Assembly: GCA_965369865.1 (NCBI GenBank)
Contig: CBDURU010000004.1
Coordinates: 10,493 to 74,492 of the forward strand
Source of the DNA: an uncultured bacterium
GTDB taxonomy: Bacteria; JAJVIF01; JAPKYR01
DNA: 64,000 nt
Direction: 5' to 3'
This document shows, in pieces, positions 60,102 through 64,000 of the stretch (within the stretch, counting starts at the first letter, position 1; each line of letters begins with the position of its first letter). The notes under the pieces were generated by a model. That model was not told the DNA's origin, did no database searches, and worked only from the letters and a program-made list of their open reading frames with translations. The position numbers and the translations under genes were made by a program.

Positions 60102-61748
60102 ATGATCCAATACTGGATTCGAATATCAATCCTGGCCGCAATTGTCTCGACCGCAATTCTGTTAGCGGGACCCATTCACGCTGAAACTGAACTGATGATC
60201 CTGGTAGATGCGTCGGCAGAAATGGCTGCCATGGGTGAGCCGGGAACCAGCCATACGAAATTCGATGAAATTAAAAATGCAATTACTTCGATGCTCCAGG
60301 CACTTCCCGCCGACACTGCGGTTGGTTTGCGCGCTATGGGCAGCAGCCCTGCCGCGGACTGCTACAGCTCTTACCTCTATTATCCCATCGGGACCGGTCT
60401 CAGGGGATTAATTCAGGACTACCTTGACTCGATTCACCCGTCCGGAAGCAGGGCGTTGCTCCAGGGAATTGAGGACGGGATCGGGGATTTCTCATTTGGT
60501 GAAATCGGCCAGGACAAAATGCTCCTGGTTATTACAGGCGGCGGCGATGCATGCGGTCGGGCGTTTGATACATTACAGGGGAACCTGGCTAATGAACCGT
60601 ATCCGCCGCATGTTGTTATTTACGCGTGCAATCTCAATAGTGATGAGAGTGAAGAACTCGGTGAACTGGCGGCAATTACCGGTGGACGTTTGATTTCGGT
60701 TCCCTCAACAGCCGACCTGAAGGATGTACTGGTTGCATTCACACAGGGCTTGTCGAACAACCTCCGAATTCACCTGCAGGATTCATCGGGTAATGCCGTG
60801 GATGGGGATATCGTGATTATTGACTACGCGATAAACAGCGTCATTTCCGAACAGCTTGATATCTCCGAGTACTCCATGACCGTACCGCCGGGAAATTACC
60901 AGGTTATAGGGAGATTTCTTGGACAGGAAGTGCGGACCGAACCCTTCACGATTACATCCGGCGGCAGCCACACCGCCTCAATTGAATTTACGTTGTATCG
61001 TGAAGCATTTATTGTCTCCCTTCGGGATATCTACGGGCAGCCTTTTCGTGCAAGGGTACTTTTCATGAACAACCAGGGGGATCCGGTTTTTACAACCGAA
61101 CTGGATTCCGTGCACCGTGTGAGCCTTCCCCCGGACAACTACACGCTTGAGATCCGATTTGGAGATTACATTGAGACAATTTACGGGGTCAGGATCGGGC
61201 CGGGACTCAATAATTTTCTCGATTACGACCTTCCCGTTGAGCTCGCCACCCTTGAGATCGAGGTTACTAATTTTATGGGTGACCCGCTGAATTCAAAAAT
61301 TCAGATCTTTGACAGGGATGGAACACTCGTCGATGACGCGCCTTTCACGTCTTACCTTCACTCGAGGGTGCCGCCTGGTGAGTACCGGGTCGTTGCCGAA
61401 TTCGATGGTGACCGGACCCAGGAGACGGTTTTTATTGCTCCCGGCGAAACCAGGACTGTCGGGCTGGAAATCAATGTGGACCTCGGCGACATTTTCGTGA
61501 TGCTTCGGACTGAATCGGGCCGGGACATCTGGGGATGGGTGCAGGTCTATGACTCCAATGGGAACCTGCTCGAAAGGTTCGACCGCGAGCGTTTCGAAAG
61601 CCCCGACTGGTTCATCACAAGTGTGCCTGTTGGAATTTACCGGATCGAAGCCGAGGCTGAAGGCACGATAAGGACATACAGCGGAGTGGAAGTCAGGTCG
61701 GGTGAGGAAACGGAAATCACGATAACATTCCCGGATGAGCTTTATTAA
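60102..61748 (+). CDS. Exported vWA-domain protein with PEGA/Ig-like repeats
   Basis: Signal peptide; vWA with degenerate MIDAS (DASAEM, ITGG); repeated PPG.Y beta-sandwich units. Confidence 0.7.
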   Translation: MIQYWIRISILAAIVSTAILLAGPIHAETELMILVDASAEMAAMGEPGTSHTKFDEIKNAITSMLQALPADTAVGLRAMGSSPAADCYSSYLYYPIGTGLRGLIQDYLDSIHPSGSRALLQGIEDGIGDFSFGEIGQDKMLLVITGGGDACGRAFDTLQGNLANEPYPPHVVIYACNLNSDESEELGELAAITGGRLISVPSTADLKDVLVAFTQGLSNNLRIHLQDSSGNAVDGDIVIIDYAINSVISEQLDISEYSMTVPPGNYQVIGRFLGQEVRTEPFTITSGGSHTASIEFTLYREAFIVSLRDIYGQPFRARVLFMNNQGDPVFTTELDSVHRVSLPPDNYTLEIRFGDYIETIYGVRIGPGLNNFLDYDLPVELATLEIEVTNFMGDPLNSKIQIFDRDGTLVDDAPFTSYLHSRVPPGEYRVVAEFDGDRTQETVFIAPGETRTVGLEINVDLGDIFVMLRTESGRDIWGWVQVYDSNGNLLERFDRERFESPDWFITSVPVGIYRIEAEAEGTIRTYSGVEVRSGEETEITITFPDELY

Positions 61749-62040
61749 CGATTCTTGACTGATTTCTACCTTTCCGCTTTTATTGTGTTTAAACGTGAGC
61801 GGTACAGAGGCACGACCGTAAGGGAGTTGCACTGCTGGTTGAGCTTCTATGGAGCTCTTGTACAAACGCGGGCTATTGATATTGTTCCCCGACCGATTAT
61901 ATTTCAGAAGGGCTGGATTTAATCAATTATTAGTGTTATATTGATAGATTCCTGTCGGAATCTGGATTGGATGTTATTTTAACCCAATTCGGGTACCTCG
62001 GTTTGGATGAGTTTTAATCGATAGGATTCAGGATGGACTT

Positions 62041-63921
62041 ATGTCAGACGACTTCAGAGAATATATCGCTGAGAATGTTGTGCTCTGCGACGGCGCTATG
62101 GGCACGCAGCTCTACGATCGCGGCGTATATATCAATCGCTGTTTCGATGAGATCAACCTTACAGATCCCGAAATCGTACAGCGCGTCCACATCGATTACC
62201 TCAATGCCGGGGCGCAAATTCTTGAGACGAACACTTTCGGTTCAAACCCGTTCAAGCTCACAAAATATCACCTTGAGAACAAGGTTAGGGAAATAAACAT
62301 CCGGGGCGCTGAACTCGCGAAAGAGGTAGCCGGCGACGCTGCATGGGTAGCCGGTTCGATAGGTCCGCTGGGAATAAAAATCGAGCCGTGGGGGCCAACT
62401 TCGAGAGAGGAAGCACGTGACGCATTCACAGGGCAGATCGAGGCGCTCCTCGAAGGCGGCGTCGATATCTTCATGCTCGAAACTTTCGGCGACCTGAGTG
62501 AAATCGGTGAAGCTATAAAAGCCATAAAAAATTTGACCGGCAAACCGATTGTCGCGCAGATGACGATCACTGAGGACGGGATGTCACTGTATGGTACCGG
62601 CCCGGAAGTATACACTCCCCGGCTTACCGGCTGGGGCGCGGATGTTATCGGCCTTAACTGTTCGGTCGGACCGCATGCGATGCTCGAAACCCTCGAGATT
62701 ATGGCAAACCTGACCGACCTCCCGCTCGTCGTGCAGCCGAACGCGGGAATTTCCAAGAACCACGACGGCAGGGTCATTTATCTCACATCGCCCGATTATT
62801 TCGCGAAGTACGCTCACAGGTTCATGAGGGTCGGCGCGCACCTTATCGGGGGATGCTGCGGAACCACTCCCGAACACACACGCGCGATGGCGTCGGTTCT
62901 TCGCATGAAACAGTTTTCCGGCGCTGTACGGTCACAATCGCCAGTCTTAAAAAACGGTGCCGCTAAAGTTGCCACGCTTCCGATGAAAGCAAAATCAGAC
63001 CTTGGCGGGAAAATCGCCAGTGGTGAATATATTTTCAGTCTTGAGATCACTCCCGCCAGGGGATGGAAAATGGATCGCACCCTGGAGAAAGCCCGGCAGG
63101 CAAAGAATGCCGGATTTGATTCAGTGAATATCCCCGACGGCCCGCGTGCGTCGGCCAGAGTGGGGGTTATAGCCACCGCCGCACGAATTTATAAGGATGT
63201 GGGCATCGAGCCGATTGTGCATTATGTTTGCAGGGACCGTAATATTCTCGGCATGCAATCGGATCTTCTTGGGCTTTACTCGCTCGGGTTACCGAACCTG
63301 CTTTTACTTACTGGTGATCCTCCGGTGATTGGTGATTACCCAAAATCAACCCCGGTTTTCGATGTGGATTCAATTGGCCTGACCAACCTTGCGAATGCTC
63401 TTAATAACGGGATGGATATTGGTACTCGCTCTATCGGACAGCCGACCGGGTTCCTGATTGGTGTCGGTGTAAATCCCACCGCTGTGAATGTCGATCTCGA
63501 AATTGAGAGATATTACTGGAAAATCGATGCCGGCGCGGAGTACTCGATTTCGCAGCCGGTTTTCGATCCGGAAGCGTTACTCGGTTTTATCGAAAAATCG
63601 AACGCGTATCTTCTGGAACGAAAATTAAATCCGGTGCCCATTGTCGCCGGAATCTGGCCGCTCCAGTCTCTCGGTAATGCTGAATTTCTGCATCACGAGA
63701 TCCCCGGTGTTACGATTCCCGATTGGATTATGCAGGAAATGCAGAATGCGGGTTCGGCTGAAAAGGAAAAGGAGGTCGGTATGGAGGTCGCTAAAAAATT
63801 GATCTCCGAAATCCTCGGGCATGTCAGGGGATTCCAGTTCGCGACCCCATACGGGCGAGTGAAACCCGCCATTGAATTAATGGACTACACAAAAGACCTG
63901 CTCAAAAGCAAGATGGAGTAA
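62041..63921 (+). CDS. yitJ: Bifunctional homocysteine S-methyltransferase / methylenetetrahydrofolate reductase
   Basis: DGAMGT, ETNTF, GLNC and GGCCGT (Zn ligands), then MTHFR domain (CRDRN, TGDP, GAEY.ISQPVFD). Confidence 0.92.
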   Translation: MSDDFREYIAENVVLCDGAMGTQLYDRGVYINRCFDEINLTDPEIVQRVHIDYLNAGAQILETNTFGSNPFKLTKYHLENKVREINIRGAELAKEVAGDAAWVAGSIGPLGIKIEPWGPTSREEARDAFTGQIEALLEGGVDIFMLETFGDLSEIGEAIKAIKNLTGKPIVAQMTITEDGMSLYGTGPEVYTPRLTGWGADVIGLNCSVGPHAMLETLEIMANLTDLPLVVQPNAGISKNHDGRVIYLTSPDYFAKYAHRFMRVGAHLIGGCCGTTPEHTRAMASVLRMKQFSGAVRSQSPVLKNGAAKVATLPMKAKSDLGGKIASGEYIFSLEITPARGWKMDRTLEKARQAKNAGFDSVNIPDGPRASARVGVIATAARIYKDVGIEPIVHYVCRDRNILGMQSDLLGLYSLGLPNLLLLTGDPPVIGDYPKSTPVFDVDSIGLTNLANALNNGMDIGTRSIGQPTGFLIGVGVNPTAVNVDLEIERYYWKIDAGAEYSISQPVFDPEALLGFIEKSNAYLLERKLNPVPIVAGIWPLQSLGNAEFLHHEIPGVTIPDWIMQEMQNAGSAEKEKEVGMEVAKKLISEILGHVRGFQFATPYGRVKPAIELMDYTKDLLKSKME

Positions 63922-63974
63922 AGTTTCCCTGTTACAAATTTAAATATTTAATTTTTATCGGTGATCAAAAAAAC

Positions 63975-64000
63975 ACCCCCCCTGCAGTCCCCCCCAAGGG
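63975..64000. repeat. C-tract/G-tract repeat cut by the window end
   Basis: acccccccctgcagtcccccccaaggg resembles cctcccccccttaatcccccccgcaagcggtgggg at about 36490-36524. Confidence 0.4.

Noticed and set aside
61790..61870. SAM/SAH riboswitch upstream of the yitJ-like gene
   Set aside because: No SAM-I or SAH core is recognisable; cagaggcacgaccgtaagggag resembles the repeat family at 41484-41548

Overview
Bacterial chromosomal segment of roughly 50% GC, probably from a diderm organism (TonB-ExbBD, lipoproteins). It is mostly housekeeping: a DUF4912-glgC-glgA-GH57 glycogen operon, ugd, a ThiE-like gene, an NtrX-like sigma54 activator, hppA, addBA, hflX, hutI, alaS, a TIGR03960 radical SAM protein, folP, lipB and a YitJ-type methyltransferase/MTHFR fusion. 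AT-rich accessory inserts are (i) an IS66 remnant beside a YhdJ-like type II R-M pair, (ii) a coupled two-gene cassette at 28.6-32.1 kb (small HEPN-like protein plus 927-aa helical protein), a candidate undescribed defence system, and (iii) a DUF5678-like gene with a truncated partner at the alaS 3' end. A signalling cluster (two SpoIIE phosphatases, one fused to an RsbW-like kinase, flanking an Asp23 protein with a basic Ser/Thr-rich tail) is followed by an intact LysA homologue that appears to lack its PLP lysine and catalytic cysteine. Intergenic DNA holds several REP-like repeat families, two Rex-like boxes and several apparently leaderless genes. I found no rRNA, tRNA or CRISPR array. All family calls come from recognising motifs by eye, not from database searches.
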